DNA of 64,000 nucleotides from Chara braunii. Taxonomy: Eukaryota > Plantae > Charophyceae. The notes beneath the pieces are model-generated. The model saw nothing but the letters and a program-made list of their open reading frames with translations, did not search any database and was not told the origin of the DNA. The number at the start of each line of letters is the position of its first letter. Positions within the stretch are counted from its first letter, which is position 1. The translations under genes and the position numbers were made by a program. Shown one piece after another: positions 25,599 through 36,569 of this stretch. The stretch covers positions 969,712-1,033,711 of the forward strand of contig BFEA01000016.1 in the NCBI GenBank assembly GCA_003427395.1. The letters run 5' to 3'.

Positions 25599-26248
25599 AC
25601 CACGTGTTACCCCACAATATTCACAGATACAAAACGACACAGAACAAACATCGCGACAACATTCCTAACCCCTTTTGTATCCATCCCATAACCTTCCGAC
25701 TCGGTAATCGGATTGGGGACGCGCGCGAGACTTAGTATAAAAACCCGCGCGGACGCAGGGCCTTCCCATATCGACTAGCAACGCATGAATGCGCAAGCAG
25801 TCGCAATGATGGCGTACTATGTAGTGTCCATAATCAAGTGGCCCCTCGTGGATCCGAGTACCGCTCATGACACTCAAGTGTCAAACTCGAAGTATCATGA
25901 AGGTCAACCCCTTTACGATATTGCACGGCTGAAGGAACAGTCGTGCGGCCTCCGTGGCACCTCCGACCTTTAGGCTGAGTGTCCCGATGGGCAGGGTAAA
26001 TAGGCTCTGCGCGGGGGGTGATCCCTTCCATGTAGAGTCTAGGACCTGGGATATCCTGGACAAGGACTTGGAATCCAGGCCCAGGACCAAGGTCCGACTA
26101 AAATTTTTTTAAGAAGCACACAAGAGTAAAAAGGGGAGGAATTTTTCTTCCTTTCTCAATTTCGACCCCATTTGAACCCTTAAGCATGGACCCCTTTGGC
26201 TACGCAAACACCCAAACTTAGGTATGTACGTATATATATATATATACA

Positions 26249-26989
26249 CAGGGTCACCAGCCCATACGTACGGAGGTCCCCAGGCAGACCTCCGTACGTA
26301 CGGGCGTTCGGGGTCCCGTACGGGGTCCGAACTTGACGACGTTCGGCCCCCGCCAAAAATTATTTCGGGGCCTAAAAATAACTTTTTTTTTTCTGAATGT
26401 TTTTTTGTGAGTTCTCTATGAGATGAGGTACATGCTTATAAAGTTTCAAGTCATTTGGATTAGCCAAATAAGAATTAAAAATCGCCAAAGATGGCAGTCT
26501 CAGAACGTGCTCGCCCACGTTTTTCATTACTTTTTATTTTTTGTTTTCACTTTAGTTCAGGGTCTACACACTTTTATTATTTTTTGAAACTTTTTTAGTG
26601 GGTTTTGCATTATGTGAAGTACACATCTGTAATTTTTCAGGGCATTTATCTTTTCCAAAAAAAAATGAAAAATCTCCAAAGATGGCGGTGTCGAAAACGT
26701 GCTCGCGCACTATCTAAATTTAATTCTTTTTTATTTTTTATTATTTTTATTATTAGTATATGTTTTTAGTATTTTATTTTTATTTCAAATTTGATAAGGA
26801 ATTTGGATATAATGCTTAGGCAAATCTTGCTTAATTTATTTTTCTTCATAACATATATTTTGTTAATATTTTTTTGATTTTTTTGATTTTTTTTGATTTT
26901 TTTTTTGGGTCCGCGTTCGGCCCGAACGGCCGAACGCATTCCCAAAGGGTCCCATACGTTCGGGCGTTCGGCCCGTCCCAAACGTCGGT
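26249..26989. mobile_element. Non-autonomous DNA element embedded in a (TA)n tract
   Basis: (TA)n on both sides; GC-rich ends rich in CGTACG/CGTTCGG motifs; AT-rich core with duplicated CCAAAGATGGC..AACGTGCTCGC; absent from other LTR copies. Confidence 0.65.
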
Positions 26990-27179
26990 TATATATATAT
27001 ATATATATTTATATATATGTCTTTTTGTATCCCTCGGCTGTAGGTTTTCATTCATTAGGTATTTCAGCTTTTATAAAGACTTTACTCTTTATACTCATAT
27101 TAGTGGTTGGTTTAGTTGATGCTTGGCGAAAAGGAGCTTTACAATGGTCTTAGTCTATTTAAATTCCCATTTCTATTTT

Positions 27180-27741
27180 ACGTATTCGAAAGAAACAAAT
27201 ATTGATTTTGTTATAAATTCGACAGAATGATTGGCTATGAATCAGATACTCCAATTAACACTAATTATGGACAAAACCCATATTACCCATGCGTCGAAAG
27301 GAGTATCTTTCCTTGGCCACAACATCTTTCGAAGTATGCGGTGACAACCTTACAGCTCGAAGCGCAGACGCTTCGCGTCTGAATCCCACGAAGATGCGAA
27401 AGAGCGTAAACAAATTTTACTGTCTTTGTGGATACCGCTAAATACATCAAAAGACTTCAAACCCAATGTTTCCTCAAAGGGAATGAGCCACAACCATATT
27501 TTGGATATACGCACTTTCCTTAAAGTGAAACTAACTTTATGATTAATGCTATTCTAAGAGGATTGAACGAGTGGTTCCGACACGCACAGAACAAACGCCG
27601 TATCATGTGGTCTTTTTCCACTATTTTACGTTACTCTCTGACCAAAATGTACGCAATAAAATCCAAGCTTGGAACTAGAACTCAAGTATTCAAGATTGTG
27701 AAAAGGGATCTGGGTAAACGTTTAAGTGCGAAACCAGACAA
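27180..27741 (+). pseudogene. Group II intron RT/maturase fragment (RT6-7 plus domain X), probably organelle-derived
   Basis: LQLTLIMDKTHITHASKGVSFLGHNIF (~27249-27329) fits the RT6/7 consensus; INAILRGLNEWFRHAQN..ILRYSLTKMYAIKSKLGTRTQVFK fits maturase domain X; frameshifts between the two. Confidence 0.8.
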
Positions 27742-29253
27742 AATGTGATGATCACTTCTCACAATCACAGTGTGATTCTTCTCATCCATACATATGTATG
27801 AGATCACAAACAGTCAAATCCAGAATCCGAACCATAAAACATACTTGCAATCACATCAAGGATTCAACCAAAAGTCCACGCACAACATGGGGTCAACTTC
27901 AACCAATCTCTGCACTCATACCCCTTGCTATAGCCATGCAAGCCCCAACCTTTATCCAACCTTCCATAATTAAATACTGAGTACCTTTGTTAAATGACCA
28001 TTCAATAAAACCCTGGGTGAATAAAACAAATCAAAACCACCGTGCCAAATCCTTTAGGTTGAGTGGCGAGAGTGAAATGAAGTTGAGTCATAAACCGACG
28101 AATCGGCAACCGGCTTGTTATCAGTGATAACGGAAGATGATCCTCGTGGGATCAAGCTGAATCTAGCTCAAATCCCGAATCAAGCGATCAAGAGGACCTG
28201 AAACACAAGACAAACCAATCCCCAGACTAAATCTATAAGTCTATGGAGAATAATTTTCATATCACGATCTCACTCAAACATCGTTCTTAATTAACTAAGT
28301 CAAAATCTATCCCTAAGCAGATACCTAAAGAAAAGGTAGATCCTGGTCGGATCTCCTCTATACAGAGTAAATCTCCAGAATCGCCACCTGTCAAAATATA
28401 ACCTATCTCCTTGAAACTAGGAAAATTTTGGCAGCACTTCCTGTACGAAAAGTGCCTTTTCAGAATTAATACTAGCTTGAATATAAAACTAAAATGTTCC
28501 ATGACTCTGGAAAGTTCAATTTTGTCTACCTCTCTGAATTAATAAAAAATTAGACAGCACTCCTTTCAGAAACGGAAACTTCCCAGATTTATACTAAGTC
28601 GGATATGAAACTCAAAAGCAGAACTTGAGTTCAACTAAGATAAAATTTAACTAGCCTCTAGATATGTAAAATTTGGTCAGCACTCCTTTTAGAAAATGAG
28701 ACTTTCCATATTCATACGAAGCTAAGTTCAGAACCTTAAATAACTTTGATTTCTCAAGGTCCAATTTTGTTTAACTCCTTGATTTAAGAAACATTTGAGC
28801 AGCACTCCCTTTAGAAAATGTGACTTTCCATATTTTTACTAAGCCATTTATAAAAGTTAGATAAGCTGAACTTTGAAGAGACAAAATCTAACTAACTACT
28901 TGGTTTTGTAGAATTTTCGGCAACGCTTCCCGTAGAGAAAGTAACTTACCAATATTTATACAAGACCAAGTATAACAAATGATCCTAGAAACTGCAGGAA
29001 TTGACCTTCGTAAAATAAACCTAGCTAAGAAAATACGAAAATTGAACGAACTTCTATTGCTCTAGCACATGACAAGCAACTAAAGCAACTACCTATCAAC
29101 TGAAACTCAGACTAAGTAATAGTCTCACTCAACCACATGCAAGACCAAATGACAAAGGGTAAGTACTCTCACCATTCCCAAGTCGAAGTCCTAATAGATA
29201 GTTCATTAACTTTCAGATGATTTAACCCTTATACCAAAATTACATATGACATG

Positions 29254-30011
29254 ATGCTAGACCATTCAACTTAGAAACAATGTCTAGCATGCCTTTAGAA
29301 TATACACGAACAGGTTGCACAACTACTTTTCTCTTCTTTGGACATATGACTAGACCATTTAACTTAGAAACAATGTCTAGTCGCCCTGAACTGTTTAATA
29401 ACCAAAGTTCAATAATTTCTGACTTTGTTTTCAAAAGGAATGAAAATATGGGAGGGGACTGAGCCATTAAGCTTAGAAACAATGCTCAACTTGCCCAAAC
29501 TACTTCCAATTATACTTCGTAATTTACCTTCTCTTCTTAATGATATGGCTTAGCGCTGGACCATTAAGCTTAGAAACAATGTCCAACTGCCAGTTCTCAT
29601 GCAAGTATAAATAAAGTACTTCCTGTTATACTCAGTTTATACTTATGTGCGTGGTTTTCAGGCTAAACCATTAAGCTTAGAAACAATGCTTAGCCTTAGA
29701 CCAGAAATCCTCCCTTAAAAATAAAACAAAAGGTTGAACCATTCAACTTAGAAACAATATTAATTCTATCCTCAAACCATTCAAAGCATGAAGTTGGATT
29801 TTTCCACCCAACTTCAGCCAGAAACCCCAAAAGAAATAGACAGACCAAGCCATTCACTTAGAAATAATGCTTGGTCCCGAAAATCAGCCAGACAAACCCT
29901 CAAAAATAAACATAGCAACCAGACTATTCAACTTAGAAACAATGCGTAGTTCTTCAAAAAACAGTCAAATAAACATAGCCCTGGGCCATTCATCTTAGAA
30001 ACAATGCCCCG
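29254..30011 (-). repeat. Hairpin array, loop type 1 (9 units)
   Basis: e.g. ATGCTAGAC-CATTCAACTTAGAAACAAT-GTCTAGCAT and GACTAGAC..GTCTAGTC. Confidence 0.9.
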
Positions 30012-30513
30012 TCCTTGGTTGACCCGGTCGAACGCATACAAACCGCCTTCCTCCCACATTCCCTCACTTCATCCCTAAGTCTGCTTTCAGTTAAAACAAA
30101 GAAAAACTTAAGCTTTCCACACATATTCCTTCCATTTAGTCCAATTAACTCCTAAAAAGAAAGCAAGAATCATAGCGGAACACATACATACAACAGTCAA
30201 AGCTAGAGGAAGATAGTCAAACATGGGTATAGTGGGTTCACACAGTCAGAAGGTGGTATACCTGTCAGTTCCCTGCCTCTAAAACCTCGCCTCGGTTCCG
30301 ACATAGCTCCCGCAATCGGTGGGTTGATTCCCTACAGAGTCTTGCTACGGTCCTACGGGTCACAACCCCGCCTGCCGCCTTCCTCTCAGAACAAGACTAG
30401 ACTTAGAGTAAGAAGGACAAAAAAAGAAGTTTCAAACGCTCGAGATACAAGAGAGGGACGAACTCAACTCCCAGGAGACGGCCTCAAAATCTTCGTGCAC
30501 CTGAGGGTCCCGC

Positions 30514-32240
30514 TGTGGGGCGGCTGCCTACCAGCCGAGTGCACCCCTTTGACAAAACATGACCTTTTGGAATGTTTTCCTTGTTTTTGCATGTTTTGGT
30601 ACCTGGATGCATGAGGCTTGAGGGGTTTCTTTTGAGGGAGGTGGGTTTTCTTTTATTTTTACTAACGGTTGCGCGAGCAAGGAAAAGGACAGCAGACGCA
30701 AGGTCTCAAAAAGGGCCTAGAGCGGACTAAGAGTTCAAGATTTCGGCACGACGCGTGAGAAGCGAAAAGAAGGCGGCAGTCGTTGGGACTAAGGGTGGAA
30801 GGCTGGGAAGAACCAGGTACAAAGTTGAGTCGGGTGCCTTGGCTACGAGACAACTGGTACAGAGGGGGGGCCTCAATTAGGCTGGCCCAAGGGGACTACG
30901 GGATACCGCCCTGGCCGTCGCGCCGAGGATGAACTTGGTGTGATGCGGCTGGCCCGATTGGTGCGGCATGGCCAATTCCGGCCCGAGCATCACGACACAA
31001 TCCGACGAGATGGGAAGGGCGGATGATCCCTGGTCTAGTCGATGTGACCAAGGGGGATGGGATGATCGGCAGGTGTAGGGATCGAGCTGCAAACCGAACC
31101 ATGCAAAAGGTGATCGGGCGAATCTTACGGATTGCTGACCAATCGAAGCAAAGGGGGAAGGAGGAAGAGGCCTAGAGAAAGAGGGAGGCAATCCAAAGGA
31201 ACGAGCGGAGCGAATGAGAAACTATGGCGCAGAAAACCGACTAGCATCGAGAATGTCGAGCGACCGAAGCTAAAGGCAAGTGAAGGCTACTGCCGGGTCA
31301 CGACAACCTAGATCACTCTTGACGGACGACGGCCGAGCAGTAGCGTGGGGCCATCCGTGAGAGCACGAAGTAAGCCAAAATGATAATTTGAGAAAATTTG
31401 AGCAATCCCTCAAAGGGGGTGGCCCCTCCTAAGCTAAGAGGCCCCGTACTTTTTGCTTGTTTTACAAAAAAAAAAAAAAAAAAAAAAGGGGAGTGAAACT
31501 GAGGGGAAAAGTCGGTGAGGTGATGAAGACTGCCAAGCAAGAGAACGGAGGAGGTGCGTGAGAAGATCGGATACCCCCGGGGCGAATTTAGTGGGGCAGA
31601 TGCGAAAAGGACGAGAGGAGCCACGGGCGCATTCCCGGAATGACTCGGGCGGAGAAAAGGGCTGCGACCGCGAGAGCTAGAAGGAGCAAAGGAGGGAAAC
31701 AGGGGAGTAAGAGAGGGTAGTGCCGCCGAAATCAAGAAGATGTGGACGAGCTGGAATGGTTGAAGAAAGGAGCACGTGCACACCCTTCTTGATAACCGAA
31801 CGGGAAGTTGGTGGCTCAGGGACAAGGAATGGGGTGGGCACAACCTAAGAGAGGGTGAGAGAGCTATGAACATCTGAAGGTAGAATGTGAGGGAAGCTTG
31901 GTGGATTGGGCGGGAAATTGAAATTTTCATAATAGTTTGAAATTGGCGCCGGAAGAACTCTGCAACCAGCTGAAGGAGGAGCCGAAGGGCAGTAATTCGC
32001 CGGGACTGAGGAAGGGAGGATCGGCGAGAGAGGGCTCTTGTCCGAACAAAGAGTACATGAAGGGAGACAAGGAGGAGTACAGGGGGAGAGTACGGAGGCG
32101 TCCGGAGCGACTGTGCGTACGTCGCCGAACTAGTGCACCGTGAGCGGAGTAGAGAGGGGAGGGAGTCAGGGTGTACGAGGATGCGAGCGCCAGTAGCGCC
32201 CGACAGTTCTCACTAACGCTCGAGGTCGAGCTAACGACCC

Positions 32241-32324
<84 letters not shown>

Positions 32325-32406
32325 NNNNNNNNNNNNNNNNNNNNNNNNNNNNNNNNNNNNNNNNNNNNNNNNNNNNNNNNNNNNNNNNNNNNNNNNNNNN
32401 NNNNNN

Positions 32407-32475
<69 letters not shown>

Positions 32476-32521
32476 GGGGACAGGGTGCGTCCGGCGGCTG
32501 AGAGATGGGAGGGTTGTGACA
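30514..32521 (+). repeat. 5' LTR of the plus-strand Gypsy
   Basis: Matches 46364-48187; contains a long (GA)n and a gap. Confidence 0.9.
32245..32471. repeat. (GA)n microsatellite spanning assembly gap 32325-32406
   Basis: Direct reading. Confidence 0.95.
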
Positions 32522-33467
32522 AGGGGCATCGGTTCTCGACCCACGCGGGTTGTGTACGGGGCCCGCTAGAGAGACGCCTCCCGCGAGGGAGCGAAGTTCT
32601 CAAGCGGGGGCCGTTCGGGACGTGGGGGTAAGGAGAGTGGTGCTTCGGGTTCCGGGGCAAGGGGGCGAGGAAACCTCAACCACCATTATTAACGAAAGGG
32701 ATAGGGGGCTACCTCGGGAAGAAGAGGCTAGAGACACGTGGGGTACCTTGGAAGAGGGATCGGAGGACGGGTCTTGGGTGCATCGGTGCCTTGCCGATTT
32801 CTCGGACTCGGACCTAGGGGATTACTGGGACTACGAGAACGAATATTGAAGGATTCAAGGACCACAAGGTACGTATAAGCGGCTGCTTAACCTGGGAGAC
32901 TCTTCCTAGAACTCTACTATCCCATCCTTTTTCTCTCCTAACACCCTGATTGAATTCTTTTGATTCCAAGAGAGAAAAGAGTCAGCCGGTGGCGAAAAGG
33001 GAAGAAGGGAACGAAGTGAGAAGGGTTCACGATGCGAGAAGGAGAATGGGAGGGAATAGACAGGCTAGTGATATCGGATCGATAGGCGGATAAAGTCCGG
33101 GGACCCGGGTAATTCCACGCTCGAGGTGGGCCGAGCAGGGGCGTGGTTTCGGATAGGCTAACTTAGGACTAGGGGTCGGTTCAGTGGGGGACATAGGGCA
33201 CGGGTGTGAGACTGCGGTCCGACTCCGGAGGAGGGGTTGCCACCCTTCTTCGAGGATAAACTGTGTTCGCGGCTAGTCCTTATAGCTGGAAGTGGGAGGA
33301 CCTCTCAGCGGGGGAGGACAGGAAGGTAGCCGAGTGAGACGGCGTTCCTTCTCTGGTCCATTTGATCCTGCTGGGCTCACAGGCACCTTTTTCTTGCAGG
33401 GTAGGGGTGGTCTCTCGAATGGCCAAATAGTAAAGAGGACAAAATTATCTTTCTTTGATTAGTGTGA

Positions 33468-33821
33468 ATGAGCCTAGCGGCGGTCCCGGAAGGGATTAGT
33501 GTGAGAAGTCACAGTGGGATCGACGTGTGGTGCTATACCATCTGTCTGTGGACGGGGGATTTCGACGTGGCCATCTATGTAGAAGAAGGGCGAGATCGGG
33601 GGGAGAATTTCCTCCGCGGATGGGAGGAGGCAGTACGCAACTCTCGGGCGGAAAAAAGGGAGCTGCGAGGGTACGGGTTTAGATACTTTTATTCACTAGG
33701 GTACCGGATTTATCCTTGGGGGGGGCAACCCGCGCCGGTGATTCCGGACGCCTATCTCGACGGGTCGGACGGGTGGAGAATACTAATCACGATCATAGAG
33801 GAGATAGTGGGGCGCACATAA
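33468..33821 (+). CDS. Accessory ORF A1 (117 aa, unknown function)
   Basis: Intact ATG-to-stop ORF; clear tandem paralog immediately downstream. Confidence 0.75.
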   Translation: MSLAAVPEGISVRSHSGIDVWCYTICLWTGDFDVAIYVEEGRDRGENFLRGWEEAVRNSRAEKRELRGYGFRYFYSLGYRIYPWGGQPAPVIPDAYLDGSDGWRILITIIEEIVGRT

Positions 33822-34183
33822 GCTTAGGGGTTCTGGAGTTTGAACCGGTAGGCATTAGCGTGGGAAGCCATGGGGGTGTAGACGTGTGGTGCTACAACTT
33901 TTACCTGTGGACTGGGGATTTCGATATAGCACTTTACGTGGAAGAAGGGACTGACAAAAGGGAAACCTTCCTAAATAGTTGGGAAGAGGCGGCTGACCAT
34001 TCTCAGCTAGAAAGGGAGCTGTTAGGGCACTACGGGATTAAATATTTCTATAGTTTGGGGTGTCGAACCTTCCGGCGAGGGGAGCAACCTGCCCCAGTGC
34101 TACCGGAGGCATATCTGGATGGGTTAGACGGGTGGAAAGTGATAGTGGCTATTATAGAGGAGATTGTAGGTCTAGGGATTTGA
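33818..34183 (+). CDS. Accessory ORF A2 (paralog of A1; start codon appears as ATA)
   Basis: DVWCY..LWTGDFD.A.YVEEG..WEEA..YFYSLG..QPAPV.P.AYLDG.DGW..IIEEIVG shared with A1 despite many third-position differences. Confidence 0.75.
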   Translation: MSLGVLEFEPVGISVGSHGGVDVWCYNFYLWTGDFDIALYVEEGTDKRETFLNSWEEAADHSQLERELLGHYGIKYFYSLGCRTFRRGEQPAPVLPEAYLDGLDGWKVIVAIIEEIVGLGI

Positions 34184-34240
34184 ACCGGCAAGCGTGTTTC
34201 GTGGGGATCATTAGGGAGGTAGTGCAGGGCCAGGAGGGGC

Positions 34241-34983
34241 ATGGTTAGGATTGTGGAAGCAGCAGAAGGCGGCAGGGTAAAAATCGAGAGGGTTGACCTT
34301 CTTAGAGAACGAGAATGCTTTAGTGTCCTCTTGGATCATCGTACGGAGAGGTACCTAGCTGGGCGTGAGAGAGGGGTGAAGCTTGAGAAGGGTGTCTTTC
34401 TTTGGGCACGATTCGCCGTAGGCATTTGGGAAGGAGATCGGTGGACCAGGAATAGACCTAGGAACGGGCGGAAGGCCCGGCGAGCGGCAGTTCGTGCCGA
34501 GGCACGGTCTATCTAAGTCGAGAGGCGTGGGTTGAGTACGTCACCCACTGGGCCTTAGGGTGGTATCGGCCGGACCACTGGGAGTTACGCGCGGGCCCTA
34601 TCCTGAGGCGGATCTTCGAGGAGGTGCCCCTTCAGCATAGCCTGCCGTTTCGCTTGCGGGTGACTTGCGCTCGGGACGAGGAATACCCTCGTGCCGCGGG
34701 TTGCGTCCAGGTTATATTTCCTTCTTACGTCTTTAGGAGGGTCTGTGGAGAGGGGACCGCGTACGAGAAGGTAGTGAGGTCCATTAGGCGTGAGAGAAGA
34801 AGAGGCCTGCCCTTTCGTTCGCTCCATTGGTTCTGTTCCTATTGTATGGACAACCCGGTTCCGTACGGGGTTAGAGCGGATCGGATCCGGAAAAGGATCT
34901 CTCTGGAGTTGGGAAGAGACCGTGAGGGCGGGCGAGACTACCGTTACCAAAGGGTATTTTGGGTACATCAAAAGGTAGGATAG
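34241..34983 (+). pseudogene. Accessory ORF B1 (one frameshift near 34440-34500)
   Basis: GVFLWAR, RGTVYLSREAW and GLPFRSLHWFCSYCMD align with B2/B3. Confidence 0.65.
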
Positions 34984-34988
34984 AATGA

Positions 34989-35675
34989 ATGGTTCTATTT
35001 GACCGGAGTGTCGGTAGGTTCATTGAGTCCCCTCTAGGCGAGCGAGGGGTGTGCAGCTTGGTTCCGAGCAACGGAAGAATCCCCGATTGGAGAAGATTAG
35101 AGGGAGGAGAGATTACGGCCGAAGGAAATTTCGTGTGGGTAGAATCGGAGGAAGAGGAAGAGAGAACGGTTGAGGTGCGTCTTAACGTCACCTCGATAAT
35201 CTTCGTCAAGCCGGAGGCTTGGTCGAAGATTATTGTACCCCTGGTCTTGGGCCAAGGGGGTGGGCTGGACTTGTTAATCAGGGAGACTAGCGAGGTCAGA
35301 AGGAGGTGGATAGATAGGTTCCGAAAGGAGTTTGAGTTTGTGGCAGTAGAGGCGGAGAGGTTCGCTAGGGCAGGCGAGCTCCCAAGGGCAAGTTAACTCG
35401 TGACCATATGGGTCCTGGAATTTGTGTTCCCGAGTGAGAGCGAGGGCAGAGTGGTGAGCCTCCTAGAAAGAGGAAGGAGTTTGGGATTACCCTTTGGGGC
35501 CCTGTGGACACTGTACACGCATTGTATCGATCAGGGAATCCCGCCACGCAGGAAACTTTGGGGTATTTTTAGGAGATTAGGGTCCCTGGAAAAACCCTTT
35601 ACCCTCTCACCAGAAAGATACCGCCGGTGGGTTTTGAAAACGGCGTCGGTAGATGGTGAGATTTGTGCTCAGTGA
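34989..35675 (+). pseudogene. Accessory ORF B2 (in-frame TAA at 35394)
   Basis: ORFs 34989-35396 and 35400-35675 are in frame; GNFVWV, IIFVKPEAW, FARAGELPRAS, LWTLYTHCIDQGIPPR. Confidence 0.7.
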
Positions 35676-36354
35676 GAACGGGGCGGTAGAGGCAATAGAG
35701 GCCAGTGACGCGGGCAAAGTCTTGATCCCAGGGGACCCTCACGTGACGCCCTACTGGATGAGCGTTGAGAAAGGCGGAGTCATCCTAGGAGGCGCCTACG
35801 TGTGGGTTCGACCTCGCAGGCTTACCTGGAAAGAAGGAGTGCAAAGAGGAGGTCCGCCTGACCTCGGTCGGTTCTTAGAGATTCGAGCTACGATCTTCCT
35901 CAACGAGGACACATGGACTGAAGTGTGGAGGGGCTTAATAATCGGTCGAGAGACCCATACGGAGTACCGTGAGTCCGCGAGGCTGATAGTAAACAACCTA
36001 GTACTGAGTGATTACGAAGAGGGGACCTTCGAGTCGTGGACGCAGGTGTCCTTCGCCAAACCATGCGAGGTCCCTCGCACGTCCGGAGACCTCCACGCGG
36101 AGCTGCCCCAATTCCTGACACGCTCATTCTTGAGAGACCCGGAGGAAAGAGTGATGGCGGTACTTAGAGTCGCTCGAGGATCCGGAGTGCAGACAAGAGG
36201 GTTGTTCTGGATCTACACGCGGTGTGTAGACGCTGGGGTTCCCCCTAGGGGAGAACTATCCTCTATATTCGAGAGATTGAGAGAGTTTGAGGGAGTCCGA
36301 GCTCACGTCGCGAACGTCCCGTACACGCCTCTTTGGGGAAGAGCAGGTGGCTAA
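35653..36354 (+). CDS. Accessory ORF B3 (233 aa, intact)
   Basis: GAYVWV, TIFLNEDTW, FAKPCEVPRTS and LFWIYTRCVDAGVPPR parallel B2. Confidence 0.75.
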   Translation: MVRFVLSENGAVEAIEASDAGKVLIPGDPHVTPYWMSVEKGGVILGGAYVWVRPRRLTWKEGVQRGGPPDLGRFLEIRATIFLNEDTWTEVWRGLIIGRETHTEYRESARLIVNNLVLSDYEEGTFESWTQVSFAKPCEVPRTSGDLHAELPQFLTRSFLRDPEERVMAVLRVARGSGVQTRGLFWIYTRCVDAGVPPRGELSSIFERLREFEGVRAHVANVPYTPLWGRAGG

Positions 36355-36569
36355 CCGGCGGGGGTACGAAGCTCGATGATAAGAGGGATTTCAGGGACTC
36401 TTTGGGCCTCAATAGAGCCTGTGAGCGGGGAAGGAGAGGTTGTCCACGTCTCATTGCCCAAGGAAAGTCAAAGGGATCCTACAAGGGTCATTCGAAGGGA
36501 AGTAGCCGAGATCCGCCAAGGGAGAGCATTCATTCGGTTGACAGTGAGCAGCGGAGAGGGGTTGGTGGT

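Larger units (their letters stand above)
23945..30513 (-). mobile_element. Fourth LTR copy, interrupted by a LINE, a MITE and a maturase fragment, and cut by the plus-strand Gypsy
   Basis: Starts TGTCGAGCAC at 23945 with no PBS; segments 23945-24374, 25599-26248 and 27742-30513 are colinear with 11838-15635. Confidence 0.85.

Noticed and set aside
29254-30011. Hammerhead ribozyme, box C/D RNA or miRNA cluster
   Set aside because: No CUGANGA core or RUGAUGA box recurring per unit on either strand; ~32-nt hairpins are too short for plant pre-miRNAs.
31944-31951. TGGCGCCG as PBS of the plus-strand element
   Set aside because: It lies inside the repeated segment in both LTRs and is not preceded by CA.
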